The notes: a model not told the origin generated them from the letters alone. DNA of 63,179 nucleotides, filler included, from Collodictyon triciliatum (GCA_043381765.1; 11 parts of 11 records of this genome joined end to end with filler, not necessarily neighbours in it), one strand, 5' to 3'; counted from the whole stretch's first letter, positions 49,212-63,179 are shown. Made by a program: numbers and translations.

Positions 49212-52200
49212 GTTATCTCTCCCTCTCCCTCCCCCACCGCTGTCTCTGTTTGCCTCTCTCTCTCTCTCTCCCTCTCCGCTCCTTCATCTCAGACACCCTG
49301 TGGCGCGAATACACTCCGCCCCCATCGGGTGCTGGACACACTGCCAATCTAAGCTCGTCGCATGAGCAACTCCTCCACTCAACCCAACCTTGCGTGTCTG
49401 TCTGTCTGTTTGTCGGCGGCGCCGGGAGAGTCTTGTGGGACAATAAACAGAACAGTCCTCACTTGCTCCGGCTTCCCCGCCCTCTCAAACGCACACACCT
49501 CGACCCACACGACACAGCCACACTCCGCCCCGCGTCACCCAAGAACCAATCTGGAAACTAAAATTAAACCTTACTCGCATGTACACGGCTTGCTGGTGAC
49601 AGTGAGCAAAAGCTAGACACATATGTGGAATCTATGCCTTTTGATTCGGCTTTCTCATTGAAATATTCATATTATACTGCGCCCGTGGATTTATTTTCAA
49701 AAACACAAATTTCCATGGATCAGTTGTGCATGCGCGTCCGTTTTTTTCAAAATTGGCCTGTTATGTGGTTTATTTTTTTCCCTCTCTATTTTGCTATATT
49801 TCCGGCCGCTTGTGGCGTGCGGAAATTGCTCGGAAGGGCGGCTTCTGAGGGCGGAAGGTCTGCGACAAAAATGGCAACAATGTGGCTGTGGTGTTTGTGC
49901 TTCCAGCTTTTTTCCAAAGCTTCTAGCCCCTTCCGCACAACCTTGGCGCGCGAGCCAAAGATATATACGCGGCGTGATGAACGGGGCTGGGATGAATGCG
50001 TGTGTATATTGGACTGCCCTCTAGTGGCTTATATTCTCTTGCACCAAAGCAAATGGCTCATACAAGAAGCAACCAGCGGACATTCTGTTGTCTCTGCCTG
50101 CTCCATCGCACAATGTTTGATTGGTGTCGAAGCTTTGCATGGAGGAGAGCAGATATTCCTTTCATTGAATCGGTGCTTTTTGGGTTCAAATGAGACCTTG
50201 AATGATTCTATACAACCCCTAACTTTTTTCATCCCTCGTTCTTGCTCGATGGTGGCTAATTTCATCATCATCGTCATCATACCGCACAATAGCTGCTTTT
50301 TGCTTTTTGCTTTTGCTTTTTGCTTTTGCTTTTGCTTTTACCCCTTTGCTATCTTCCAAATAGTACCTTATAGATCCGTCCCAATCGCCCGCAGCACTCG
50401 CACATCAAAATTACGTTTTTTCTTTTCTTCCAAAATGTTTCAATGACTTGCCCTCTGCCATTTGTATTCACCCGTCCCATCTCTCTCTCATCCTCCTTTT
50501 TTTTTTTCCCCTTCTTTCTCTTTTCTTTTTCGTTTGGGGCAAACCTCTTTAAAAATTGTCGTGTAAATTTCCCTTTGCCTTTTTGGCGGGTCTCTCACAC
50601 CACACCATCCATTCGTCCGCCTGGAATAAAATCAAACTCCGACAATAGAAAGGCCCCGCTTAGACTTCTTTGTGTGTGTGTGATTCAATCGAACCAACAA
50701 CGCCATTGTCCACATCCAAGAGAGGAGTATTCATCAACTACCCGTTAATGAAAAAGAAACAAGGCCTTCAATAACTACACTCTTCTGCTTCTTATTACTT
50801 TGTTCTTTCTTTTGTGTATATTTGCTATTTCTTGGCCTCCGCCTTTGTAACACATCCGCCTCATACCATACAAAAAAAACTTGTGTACCATCCTCAATTC
50901 AACCGCAGCCTTTTTTCTTCATTATCGCTGGCAGATGTCCCACATCAATCCATCAATCCATATGTTTTTTTTTTATTATACTTTATTTATTTTTACCTTG
51001 AACATCATAAAACCTGCTCATTCTTTCCTCCCTTCTCTTGTCCCTTACTTTTACATCCACCTTTTAGAGGTGTTACGAAAAATGAGATGCAGAGTCAGCA
51101 GATCCTTCAGCTCTTGTTTTGTCCGCACATCCTTTCTTGCACATTTCTTTCCTTCTTCAATCGCTCTTCTCCTGCTCTGCCATTCTTCTCCATAATCTAC
51201 TTTTCATTTTCTTCCTTTTCTTCTTTTCTTCCTTCCCTTTTGTCTTCCTCCCTCTCTCTCCCCTCGTGCGTGGATTTTATTTTAATTTGAATCATATCAC
51301 ACCAACCGCAGATTCTTTTTTTTTTTCCTTTCCTTTTGGCTCAGATTGCCTCATCCAAACACCCATTTATTCTCGCTTCTTTTTTCAATCGTGTCGTGAT
51401 TCAAATCCGCAAATACTGGGCATTTCGTGATGTATGATCTGATGATTCTCGTCATCCAAATCACTGTGATGGCTGTTTTGGCGATTACTTCGATTTTTTT
51501 AATCCAGATTGGAGCGAACTGGATTCGTCCATCGCTCAATCCTTTGCGCGGACATGGGCTTCCAGGGCGATGGAGTTGCACGCTCACCCATGCCTATCCG
51601 CTTTGACAATATGTGACTTCAGAAAAATTCCATACTCACTTTAAAGCAACAAGCCCTGATCTGCCCCTTTCTCGCACTGTTATCGTCTATTTCATAAGCC
51701 ATTCATACTTGGTCATGACAACACAGATATGGCATTGCAAAAAAAAAGAAAAAAGAAAAAAGAAAAAAGAAAAAAGAAAAAAGAAAAAAGAAAAANNNNN
51801 NNNNNNNNNNNNNNNNNNNNNNNNNNNNNNNNNNNNNNNTTAATTAATTAANNNNNNNNNNNNNNNNNNNNNNNNNNNNNNNNNNNNNNNNNNNNCTCTT
51901 TTCTCTCTCTTTTCTCTCTCTTTTCTCTCTCTTTTCTCTCTCTTTTCTCTCTCTTTTCTCTCTCTTTTCTCTCTCTTTTCTCTCTCTTTTCTCTCTTTTT
52001 ATACAGACTAAATGATTGATTTAATTACAAAGCCTTCCCTTTATTAGCCAGATTCTAGAAGTTTAGGACATTATATGAAAGATTCCCAAGCCGAGCCTTC
52101 GTCTCACGCCCCCGAAACGTGTTAGGTGATAACCCGTACCACAAACCACCGAGCCGAATGCCTCGCAGATTCAATCACATCCCTCTTTTTTTGATCTGGC

Positions 52201-52902
52201 CTGCTCGTTCATCTGTCTCGAGGCTTCTCCCTAGGATACCCAAACAGGATATTACAAATCCGGAAAATAAAGATATATAATTATACGACCATGCAACTAA
52301 TGTATAGAATGATATTATACCCGAGTAAATTAGGAATAACTATATATCAAGTGTGCTATTAATCAATTTAATATGAATAACACTATTTAGGGTAGCTTCT
52401 TATAGCAGAAAACATCCTCACTTCCTCGTCACCCCTGATGGTAGTGGTGGTTCTAGGTCTTTTGCCATATGCAGAACTCACCCACTGCACAACATGCGTA
52501 CTGCTCATGGAATTTCTAGAGAATATGCGGTGGCTACTTCAGAAAAAAGCAAGATTTCTGGAAAACAATACAACACGAAGCAGGGTCGTTTCAAAGAAAC
52601 TGGAATCGAAGGCGAAACTTAAGAAAACAATCAAAAACAGAGTGCTTGGCGAGGAGCCAGTCCTTCAACGATAATTATAGCCCAATGAGCGGTCGATGCA
52701 CAATTAAACCCACCAGCAATATATTAACCAATGTCAAACAACCTGAATCACTGTTGTGCATCACTGCGTAGTGGTGTAGGAATGCCCAAGGCAGGGCACC
52801 AAGGGGCCGTCATCGACCTCCTGAGAAGACCGAATGTCATATCCTTGCAACACAAAAGGCCGCTCACACAGACACTTATCCCAATCAGCAGCCTGACATC
52901 AC

Positions 52903-53553
52903 ATGGCGAGCGCCTCGGCCTTCGTCCAGCAAGTCTCGTGCTACTTGCAATCCATCACCCAGCGACAACCCACCCAGCAGACAGCCTTTGACGTTGTGCT
53001 TCCTCTCAACGCTCAGTCTGCCAGCCCAGCAATCATTGTCAACTCCGCAGCCTACCTGCTCCAACGAGCTGAAGAGTATAAGCTCGCTCCACCTCCTGTA
53101 GTTGTAGCAGGCGTCCTGTACACCCACCGCTTTCTCCGAATGACGCAGACCCATCTGACCAGCGATAACGTTGTCCCGCTCCTCTGCGTCGCCCTTTGTG
53201 TTGCAAACAAGTTTCTCCAGGACACACCGTATGACAACCGAACATTTGCCCAGTTGTCCGGCATCTCTGCCGCTGTGCTCGCCAAACTGGAGCTTCACTT
53301 TCTCGCAGCCGTTCGCTTTCGCCTTGGCATCGAACCTGAGAGCTACCGGCAGTTACTGGACGCTTTTTGCGCCCCTCCTCTGCCGACTAAGCTAACCTCA
53401 AGCGTTCAACTTTCCAGTATATCTCCCGCAACCAGCATGTCGAATTGTAGTGAAGAGGCAAAGCCCTCAATAATTCCAGCAAACTCGTCTTCAGCGCGCA
53501 GTACATCTCGCTCCTCAACCCCTGTGCGGTCTCGGCGACAGGTGGCCAAATAG
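52903..53553 (+). CDS. Pho80/PCL-like (U-type) cyclin, copy 1, intronless
   Basis: VVAGVLYTHRF...NVVPLLCVALCVANKFLQDTPYDNRTFAQLSGI...LELHFLAAVRFRL. Confidence 0.88.
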   Translation: MASASAFVQQVSCYLQSITQRQPTQQTAFDVVLPLNAQSASPAIIVNSAAYLLQRAEEYKLAPPPVVVAGVLYTHRFLRMTQTHLTSDNVVPLLCVALCVANKFLQDTPYDNRTFAQLSGISAAVLAKLELHFLAAVRFRLGIEPESYRQLLDAFCAPPLPTKLTSSVQLSSISPATSMSNCSEEAKPSIIPANSSSARSTSRSSTPVRSRRQVAK

Positions 53554-54550
53554 CTCCTGTTCTTAGAAACTCTGTATTGCGCCGCCCCTTCTTTCAATCC
53601 CTCCCTCCCTCGGTAACTTGTACGATTATCGCCTACCCCTTTCCGCTTTTCCTGCCCTTCTGCTTCTTAACATGGACAACCAAAGATTTTGCCGCGTACC
53701 CCGTCCTCCTGAACCGCTATCATTATCCCAAAAATTAAAACCGTGACACCCTACCGATGAAGCGGTGCGCCCAGGCAGGTTACATTAAATCCCCGAGTGT
53801 TTAGAAACTTTGATGCATCGCCCCTGTGGTGGGGTGTGAAGCTCAATCTTCATCTCTCGTTCCACCATTGTTTGTCGTTAAGCGAAAAAAAAAGAACCCT
53901 CTCGAAAACACAAATAGCAGTTCACGCATGCCAAAAAAGGTCGCAAATATTTGTACCGTACTTACATTACTGTTGAGATCTTACGACACATGACTTCTGC
54001 TTGTTTTCTGGTTCGCACGCAAGAACTTTCCTTTGGGGGCTCAATATCAGAATCGGGCATCAGGCGACGGTTTTCTCGGTACTTTCTGAAAACCCGAATA
54101 AGCAAGGTATCAATCGGGAGGAGTCTCTCATATTTGATGGCACCCAAATAGGTATCGAACCTTAACAAGAAACTTGGTCTGTCGAACAACGAGGAATTAC
54201 GGCGGAATTCTAGAAACAAGCTGGAAGGATGGTCGTCACCTGGGTCGGAAGTACTCCAGAATCCAAGGAATTTATCAAGAACGGGTTGGGCAAAGGAATA
54301 ACCATGGGTGCAGAATTCCGCTGGAAATCCAGAAATATAGAAGAAGGTCTGCAATACAGATTAAGCACCCTGGTGTTGTGACAAAGCACAGACGGTATAA
54401 GAACTATGTGCGACTAGCTTGAGGTGATTCACTTACACTCACAAAAAACAAGCTTCTGACCCACACAACCAAAGACCGCCGTGTTGCAGCAGGACGTCAT
54501 CTTCAAGACACCGTCAAACACCCAGCGACGGAATCAAACTCCCACCAACC

Positions 54551-55177
54551 ATGCCGAAACCATCACTCTTCTGTCAGCAAGTGTCGTCTTACTTGCAGTC
54601 TATCACTCAGCGCCAACCCCTTCAACAAACTGCTTTTGATGTTGTCGTCCCCTACAACAACCAGTCTCCGGCCCCGTTCACGATGGTAGAGGACGCCACA
54701 CAGCTTCTCCAGAGGACTGAACACTACGACGTGGTTTCTACCACCGTCATTGTCAACGCTGTGATCTACACACACAGATTTCTTCGCATGTCACAGACTC
54801 AACTCACCGCAGACAATGTAGTCCCCGTACTAACAGTCGCCATGTGTGTGGCAAACAAGTACCATGAGGATATTCCTTACGACAACCGAACCTTCTCACA
54901 ACTATCTGGAATCCACGCCGAAGTACTGTCGAAGCTGGAGCTCCACTTTCTTGCGGCCCTCCGCTTTCGCCTGAGCATCGACAGAGAGAACTTCCAGCAG
55001 CTCTATGATGCTTTCAGCACCCCACCCCGGACCAAGAGCTATCAAGACAGCCTCCATGCAGTCTGTGTTCCCTCACCATCGGTTCAGTCCCTGGGCTCTC
55101 CAGAGCCGAAGCCCCGCTCATACACTCTTGCCCGATCCGGCACACCCAACCGTCAGAGGAACGCTACTTCCTGCTGA
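54551..55177 (+). CDS. Pho80/PCL-like cyclin, copy 2, intronless
   Basis: Paralogous to copy 1: VANKYHEDIPYDNRTFSQLSGI...LELHFLAALRFRL. Confidence 0.88.
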   Translation: MPKPSLFCQQVSSYLQSITQRQPLQQTAFDVVVPYNNQSPAPFTMVEDATQLLQRTEHYDVVSTTVIVNAVIYTHRFLRMSQTQLTADNVVPVLTVAMCVANKYHEDIPYDNRTFSQLSGIHAEVLSKLELHFLAALRFRLSIDRENFQQLYDAFSTPPRTKSYQDSLHAVCVPSPSVQSLGSPEPKPRSYTLARSGTPNRQRNATSC

Positions 55178-56177
55178 GTCCTCTACCCTCTCACACGCAC
55201 CCACCATCGATCTAATACCCCTGTACTCCCCAACTCATCCACTTCATTCACACTTATTTGCGCTGACCTCCACTCGCCCGACTGTCACTCAGACCGACCT
55301 CCTGCCACCTTAGACGTAGCAGTGGGCCTTAGCCCAATCGTTGAAGAAATGTAATAGTAGTACGACGAATAAAAGACACTCTCTCTAACCACACGGACAC
55401 CGTAACACTCGCGCGGCCTGAGGAAAAAAACAGTAGACATGAACAACTAGCAAGACACACAATGGCAGGGGTGCGAACATGGTTGCCCACGGCTGCGCCG
55501 CACGCTGCAGGGGCTTCTGCTTAGGATTCTGTGGGAACCTTGCCAGTGTGGGATAGAACACAAGGCTAGCCTGGGAAAATAAGTTAGCATGCGCGAACGT
55601 GTCTCCGGTGCGATGCAATAAGTTCCGCCCAATCCAATACTGCAGCCAGAAAGACCCATTTCCCTTGTTTGTAACCGTGGAGCTCGCTCTCCAGAGCCAA
55701 CAGCCCAACGATTCCTTGTATCTTCGCAGAAACACACGGTCTGGTCGAGGCTACCATGCCTAAAAAGCTACATGGCGCTCGAGCGAGTCTTCTTACTTTG
55801 GAAGCCCCACACTAGCCCTCTAATAATGCCTTCATTGAGCTTGGCTGCTCATGCAAATTCAAGTGCTGGAATGCTTGGGCTATTCAAGGACATACACACT
55901 CAGAGCCACAGGATTCTTGGTAAGGAAACATTATCAGAAATTCGCAAGAATGAATTCCCAATGAGTCTATTTCCCGAAATAAACATTTCATTTCGAATGA
56001 ATTTTGTTCGGTGACTATGCCACAACAAACAACCACACATCAGACCAAATAGAACACGTGATTCTCCCTGGCACACACTCTCCCAACAGAGTGATAAACA
56101 TCTGAGGTGACCATAGAGTGGCTACCTTTGGGGCACAGTGATAACAACCTCCGCAACAAAGCAACCAGACATTGGCC

Positions 56178-56747
56178 ATGTTCAAGGCATCAGCATTTGT
56201 CCAGCAAGTCTCAGCGTATCTGCAATCAATCACACAGCTCGAACCCCTTCAGCAGACAGTCTTCGATATTGTTGTTCCTTGCAACAACCAAAGCTCCAAG
56301 CCTTATACCATTGTAGAGGACGTCAGCCTTCTCTTGCAGAGGTCAAAGTGCTATGACATAGTCTCTTCGGCTGTCATCGTCAATGCCGTTCTATACACAC
56401 AGCGTTTTCTTCGGATGACGCGATCCCAACTCACGACCGCAAACGTCGTTCCTATAATGGCAGTTGCTATGTGTATCGCGAGTTAGTTCCTTGAGGACAT
56501 CCCTTACGACAACCGCACTTTCATGCAGCTGTCCGGGATTCCGGTTGAGGTGTTGTCAAAGTTGGAGATACATTCCCTGACTGCCCTTCGCTTTCGCTTA
56601 AACATACGTCCGGGTACTTTCCATGCACTCAACAAGACCTTCCACGATAGTGAACATCTGAGAAAAAAAGTAGCATTTACATCTTTCTCCACAGCGTCTA
56701 ACTCGTCGAACTCCAACTCGCTGAACAGTGAAAGTGCAAGTTCATAG
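56178..56747 (+). pseudogene. Pho80/PCL-like cyclin, copy 3, with an in-frame TAG
   Basis: Collinear with copies 1 and 2, but TAG at 56484-56486 replaces the conserved Lys codon (CIAS*FLEDIPYDNRTF). Confidence 0.8.
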
Positions 56748-58004
56748 CCCGAGGAGGCTCTCAAGATGGAGCGGGCATGTCCGATCCTCAAGTCTGGAAT
56801 CCCTGAGTGAATCACATAATTGGTGTCTACCAAATCCAGCCTCGTCGGCCACCTTGATTCTCCTAATTCCTAGTCCACTACCTCTCTTATCTTCCAACTT
56901 TGCTGGATCGCCTCACCTATTGTAATAAAAGCAACTACTTGGAGGGGATACGAGAAGCAATTGCTCTGCGTGTTGTGGTCGGTCTTTTTCTACCTAAAAA
57001 ATAACAAAATAATCAAGAAAGCGACTATTAGTGATATTTTCTATATGGTCATAATGATAAAGTATCCGCCTTAGTTATATTTTATTACTGGAATGGGTCC
57101 GCATCAAATCACCAGGACCGAATACACGTGCGCCTCGTTCAAGAATCTCACTCAACCTTATAATATGTACATGCGTCCCTACGATGTACAGTTCGCTGAC
57201 CCCATATCACGTTGAATAAGCAGGATCAATTACGTTGGGCTTTAGAAAACATGAAATCTATCTAAACCCCCTTCCTTCAGTTGAATTGAATAAAGTGAGA
57301 AATTTTGAATAAGCAAAATAAACTGTTGAAAGGAAATCAAAAAAAAATCGAGAATAAGGAGGAGATATATCAGCAATTACAGTGTCCGTATATTCATGTA
57401 GGCAAGTGTGCCAGTCAAATACAAATCAATTTTTTTAAAAGATTTTCCGAGGCTTTCCTTCTATTTTTATTCCTTTTTTAAGTCCCATTCTAAAGCCGTG
57501 CCAAGTAAGATATTGTAATGCAAATATCAAGCGCAAGCTTGGGGCAGGAAGCAGATAGTAATATTTACGCCTGGCTGTGGCGAATAAATAGCAGAAAGTA
57601 GAAAGTCGAATATTGTTGATGTACGCTTCATCAGACAGGCGCGTTTTCCGGCTCACAGTAAATTGTGAAACGGACAGAAGTTTTGTTTTTTACCCTTCCT
57701 TCCAATTTCGTGCAATATGATGCTGGGTTTGGTTCGCTGGCATCGCTTGCATGGACTCTACTTGGTGACCGGGTGGCGGAGAAGTAGTCGGCAATCAGGA
57801 ATTGCATCCTGCGGTTTGGCCTGTAGCCTGGGTCTTGTGCTTGCATGAGAGATACAAGGCGAGGTTTAATATCCTTCTCAGCTTCTTTCCACATGTATCT
57901 TCTCNNNNNNNNNNNNNNNNNNNNNNNNNNNNNNNNNNNNNNNNNNNNTTAATTAATTAANNNNNNNNNNNNNNNNNNNNNNNNNNNNNNNNNNNNNNNN
58001 NNNN

Positions 58005-58066
<62 letters not shown>

Positions 58067-61000
58067 CCATGTCAAAATATGAGTTTAGAATCGGCCTAAT
58101 AAGGAATTGTCCAGGAAGATTCCCCTGGTTTATCAGATTTATTGGCAGCACCGTGGTTTTCAACAACTGGAATGTTTAGAGTTAATAAATGACTCTTTTC
58201 TGATGCTCAAATGTCATTCACAATAAAGAAGTTTCTGCTCATATATATCCACATATTTATGATACAGTGAAATATATCTGAACTTTATTTTAAAAACGAA
58301 ATGATATATATAGGACACATGCTTCCATAAAGATGGAACTACGAGGCATCTAGTATATTATCATATACAACATACCTTTATTCATATTCCAAAAATAAAT
58401 ATGTATCACATTGAACAAAAAAGGAAAATCAGAATCATACCTCGCTCAAACCTAAATCGCATGCCATAGATGTGACACAGTCTCCGCTTTGTTCGCAAAT
58501 ACGGATTTTAGCGAAACCACCTTCTCCGCTCAATTCGATAATCTCATAGCCCTAAAATCACGCAAATATAGCCGTATGAGTCAGCCAAATACGCGAAGGG
58601 AGTTTCTGGAAACCAAGGTAATTTGTGTACTACATTATTATTTTATTAACGAATAATAAAAGAATAATAAATAATAATTCAATACAATATCATCGATGAT
58701 AGGATGATGTCCTTGAAATGAGTTATGAATAAAAGAAAAATCCATGAATCTTATTTTATGGAATTTTCGATAAAGATCATTCATGGATGCTGACAGCATT
58801 TAATAGCAAAATTTCGATTTAGTTACAGAAACCTTTGGATGAAAGAAGCCTAACGTGCATGTCACAGAATCTGGAATTTGAGGACAGAATTTCATAGTCA
58901 CCTAAATTGATTGGTCAAATACTACTTTACTGCGATAAATATTAAATAAAAAAAAATTGACCTAGATAACTCAAAGGTTCACATTGATATAGTGGCTTGG
59001 CATCAAATATGAAAAAACATATTCATATTCAGTTTTCTTGTTTGTATGAATATGTATTGAAAATACTGTTTTCTTGGCTCGAGGGGCACAATAACCATCA
59101 TAATTCACCAAATCGAATCCTTCTTTATTCATTTCTTTCAGCCATTCAGGCTTTACAAAAATATTCTGGGAATACATCAAATGGTTTTTTTAACATTATA
59201 CAAGAAATTTGTTTCATATTCTTTTAACATATCAAGGCAAATGCAATGGATTGTTGGTTCAAATGAGCACCTTAGCCTCACCAGCGACCAGCGCGGATGC
59301 GTCATCTTCTCCAAGTTCTTTTCTAATTCTAGCTCCACGATTACGAACTATTAATTGTTAAATACAATTTCAGAAAAATTGATAATTAATATATATGTGC
59401 ATAAGAGAGCTCATCATGACTTCAATTTATCTTTATTATATTCTTTAAAGAAGATAGTGTTGTGTAAGAATCTGAAGTTGATTAAATCTTACTCTCGGGG
59501 TATTTATTCCAATCTTTGTCTTTGGGCAGAGGTCTTACGTAATAATCGAATCCAATATTTCCGTTGTTGATTAACTGAATTGTCCTTGAAAATGTTCTTC
59601 CGATACGGGATATTCCAAATGGAATGTACCGAAGTGGGCTATCGAACTCAAAAAATGTGTCCCCACCTACTGCCCTGTGTGACCCGAGGGACAGAGCAGA
59701 TTTTTTTTTATTTTTCATTTTGATGTTCAGAAGAGAAAATGATTCGAAAGAACAAGACAATACTAATAAGTCCTTGAATCCAGCGAAAAGACGCATGAGG
59801 TGAATAATCTGATGAAAACAGAGGCACGTTTCAAAATGGAAAAAAAAATCAGAAGCACTGTGAAACCTACCTAACTTTTCCAATAATTTTGATAGTTTGG
59901 GAGTACAACATAATCTTAGTTTCTGACATATGTCCAAATTTTTTTCCATTGTAAATTATCCTGAAAGAAACAGATGATCCAGGACTCACAGTGGTGAACT
60001 GAGTGTCAGTCGCAAAGTCCTACATGTAAAAAATCAGGCTGCCAGGCCAAAAAAAAAAAACCACATTTTGATATATGTTTTCTGTTTTCTATGGTTTTGC
60101 TTCCACTAATACCTTGAAAAATTACAATTGATTTATATTATTTTTTGAAATTCAGGTTCTTATGACCCAGCTTAGCAATAATAACTTCGTAATATCCATG
60201 AAAAATTGTAAAATCTTACTGGGTGAATGAATTGTGTAGTGATTAGGTCATCAAAGTCGATATTATCTCCACCAGAAAGGAAAAGAATATGAACATCGAC
60301 CTCGGTTGAACCATGATTTGTGATAGTAAATGTTTGCCTGAGTTATCCGCACATAGGGTTCGGAAAAAAAAAAGGTACATATTTATATAAAACATTCAAC
60401 TACGAGGAATGGATATAATCAGAAAGTTAGAATGAATAATATCTATCGAACATGCCCCCGCGTTCCAATCAAAGAAAGATTTCTATTGTAGAGCATGTAA
60501 ATTGTGGAAGAAAAAAACCTGATAGGGATGCCTATTTGGCAGATGCCGAAATCGAGATTTTCAAATAAGGATCGTGGATCGATGGCTAATTATGGCATTT
60601 GTTAGCATGTTTTCATAAAAGATTATTTCTGTGCAATAGAAAAGAAAAAAAGTATCCCTTGAAAAAAAATGGATCTACACAAACATTAGTGCGTATTTAA
60701 TGATATATTGATACTTAGATTGGGTGTTCCAACTTCTCCTGCAAGAAAGATTTGATATCTCTTGGTCGGTTGGTCCTTCGGCACGATGTAAGCAGTGCAT
60801 TTAAGAGGCTCTAAATCGATAGGTCGATACACAATCATAACTTGTGTGGTAGACCGTGCTGAAATCCTGATAAACACAAGTAGATATACATAGCCATATT
60901 AATGATTATTTTGTGCATAATTATTTTTATCCGTTTTGTTTTAAAATTATTAATACTCACTGTGGTTGGTAATTTTTATTTAAAGAGAATAATTATATGT

Positions 61001-63021
61001 GCTGTGTGTAGTTATCCCCATGCATATTACATTGCGATTATTTATAGAATGAAATTCATTGAAATAAATACACGATCTTTTCGTTCCTGACGAGAGTAAC
61101 TAGAGGTGAACCAAATTCGATGTCGATTTCTCCATCAGCCATGCCGTCGTTATGCATTGATATTCCCCTCCTTGATGATGAATATTGCGGAAAAATATTT
61201 GCCCCGCATCAATTTCATGTATTGGATTATATGCGTCGATAATTGATCTGACAGCCCCTCGTTTAAGAACTCGATATATCTTCAAGATTTTATGTATTAT
61301 TTTCATTTCCTGTTGTTTTGTGTAATAACATGCACTTACTTCACAGATTGGTTGACCATACAATAGCCAAAACTTATGTCTGTTGTAATCGGTTGAACAT
61401 TCGGAAAACCACCCATTCCAATTATGCGCACTACATACAGGCTTTCATGAAGGCGATGAAATATAACTTGTTGATATTTATTTTTCGATATTTTTGAATC
61501 TTTTTTTTTTTTGTATGGAGGTGGTGTATATTTTGTCAGAATATTCTCTGAAATTCGTTATAAAAAAAAAAGAACAAAAAGGAGGTTGATTATTCAAAAA
61601 GAAAAAGTAGGATAAAAATAAAGGTACATTTTCTAATTTTAAATAAAGAAAATAGAATTGAGCGAACCTTGAGACGGATTTATGTTTGGGTGTCTCCATA
61701 CGATCCGCATTTCTTCTATGAATGAAACAGGCGCAGGAGGGTCGAATGTGACCATCAGATTCATAGAGGACGTTCCTTGGAGTGGAGACATATTTTAATT
61801 ATTGAAATCTAAAGCAGGGATATGGTATTGCCAATAGATTGATTCTTTTGCTAAACCTTTAAGTATTCCGGTTTCTGGTTGTACCGAGAAAACAAGAGAT
61901 GCAATTTCAACTTTGAATGCCACATCAATCCATCCTTGATTTTGAATTGGGAATACTAGCGTTTGTTTCTGTTTCAAACGCGTACACCCGAAATCAATTT
62001 TGTCTGAGCTTAGGGAAGGAATAGGAAAGGAGGATTTTCCATGCACCTTGGAATAAAAATAAAATTATGTTCTCAACAAATCATTCGTGGATTGAATTGA
62101 AAGTATTACACTAATGATACTAGCACTGAACAATAATAATTAGCCCACTTATTCAATTGAAAGTAAGTATGGAAAAAATGTTTTTTTCATTAAATAGAGA
62201 AAAGATATTGAATACTTAAAAAAAAAAGATGCAATATAATGAGCCTTTATCGTTGGAGAAAATTGCAAAAAGAAATAAAAAATAGCAAATATTTTCATTA
62301 TACCTTGACAATTGTTTGGCCAAGAGTACTAAAGTTGCAAATAATTTCTCTGTTATATTCAATCTGGGGCACTGATGGATGAAACCAAACTTCAATCAGA
62401 CATGATGACTTGGGTGCCAGTTTACCTGAGACAGAATGTAAAAAAAAAAAAAAAAAAAAATTTTTTAAAAAAAAAAAAAAAAAAAAAAAGTTTTCTGAGT
62501 AAATGCAAAAAATAAGTTGTATTAGATATTGCCAAAAAATGTGTACTCGAAAGTATTAAAATGTATGTACTATATACTTATACCTTTATTTGGGGATATA
62601 TCAAAATGAGACTGCAGCGAGCGAGTCATGAATTCATCTACGGACGTCTGGTCCGTCTTAAATGTCATATACCAAGGCACGTTGAATTCTCCATCATTCC
62701 TCAACTCCATGTATATCATCTGTATCGATAAATAAATAATTCTTCGATTGTTTATCTTGGTAATTGACTCCTTTTTTTTTCTTTCCCTCCTAAACTGCCA
62801 TCGAAAATTATCTTAAATTTCTCTAACTCAAGTAATATGTTAAAAGAAACCTTTTTGTTAAATATTTCTACAATATCGAACTCAATTAACTTTGGCGATA
62901 CGACTGGGATTGATTGAACAGCCCCATAGCACAGCACAGAAAACCCAAAGGGAGAACCAAATGGTACTTCATATGATTCGGTACCAGACACAACAAAGTC
63001 TATCCTGCCCAAATGTTCTCC
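58067..63021 (-). CDS. Hydin-like multi-ASH/Ig-domain ciliary protein, internal fragment with many exons
   Basis: Repeated DFG...I.N.G...F.V.P..G.L units (IDFGCTRLKQKQTLVFPIQNQG; LDFGICQIG..FTITNHG; IQLINNG; INLINQGNLPG) in consecutive GT-AG exons. Both gene ends lie outside the contig. Confidence 0.7.
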
Positions 63022-63072
63022 CTTGTATGCAGAATTTAGGAAGTGAAAAGAAAAAGGAGAGATAGAGATAGA

Positions 63073-63179
<107 letters not shown>

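Noticed and set aside
47985-49365. Long overlapping ORFs (363 aa on minus, 319 aa on plus) over the Rh gene, and similar ones at 20596-21898
   Set aside because: They are shadow frames caused by extreme GC and codon bias, and their translations are low-complexity.
49625-51430. 273-aa and neighbouring ORFs downstream of the Rh gene
   Set aside because: They have non-ATG starts, pyrimidine-tract composition and no recognisable motifs, so they are probably non-coding.
56484-56486. Possible stop-codon reassignment, since in-frame TAG/TAA codons in cyclin 3 and the Fanzor fall at Lys-like positions
   Set aside because: Intact genes here end cleanly in TAA, TAG or TGA and have no internal stops. 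A single A-to-T change from AAG/AAA in decaying copies explains the pattern.
57631-57904. Minus-strand open frame running in from the contig end
   Set aside because: It may be the 3' end of a gene, but no family motif is recognisable, so it was not called.
61140-61282. Apparent extra exon (YIEFLNEG) needing a non-canonical junction in the Hydin-like gene
   Set aside because: A downstream AG acceptor gives K|RGISMHNDGMAD with ordinary GT-AG splicing.

Overview
This is eukaryotic DNA, most likely from a flagellated, mitochondriate protist with intron-rich GT-AG genes. It consists of 11 unrelated contigs of about 4-6 kb joined by artificial 100-nt linkers (N44-TTAATTAATTAA-N44), so neighbourhood across linkers is meaningless. 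Recognisable genes, in order: an LRR protein between L1/Tx1-type retrotransposon remnants; a quadruple-CX9C mitochondrial protein; WDR12/YTM1; DPH2; a GC-rich gene of unknown function; PFKFB; a UFD1-zinc-finger protein; a Rab5-family GTPase; an SLC35E3/UXT-like transporter; an LRR-polycystin(TRPP)-SPRY channel; CFAP20DC; an Rh ammonium-transporter-SAM fusion; three tandem Pho80-like cyclins; a Hydin-like protein. The most notable items are: (1) a decayed Fanzor (eukaryotic TnpB-like) gene followed directly by a highly structured candidate omegaRNA scaffold; (2) a probable AT-AC intron in the Rab gene; (3) the LRR-TRPP-SPRY and Rh-SAM domain architectures; (4) two tiny TSD-flanked retroposon tails that recur on other contigs, one of them at the 5' break of the Fanzor. 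All calls come from manual reading and translation; no database searches were run.
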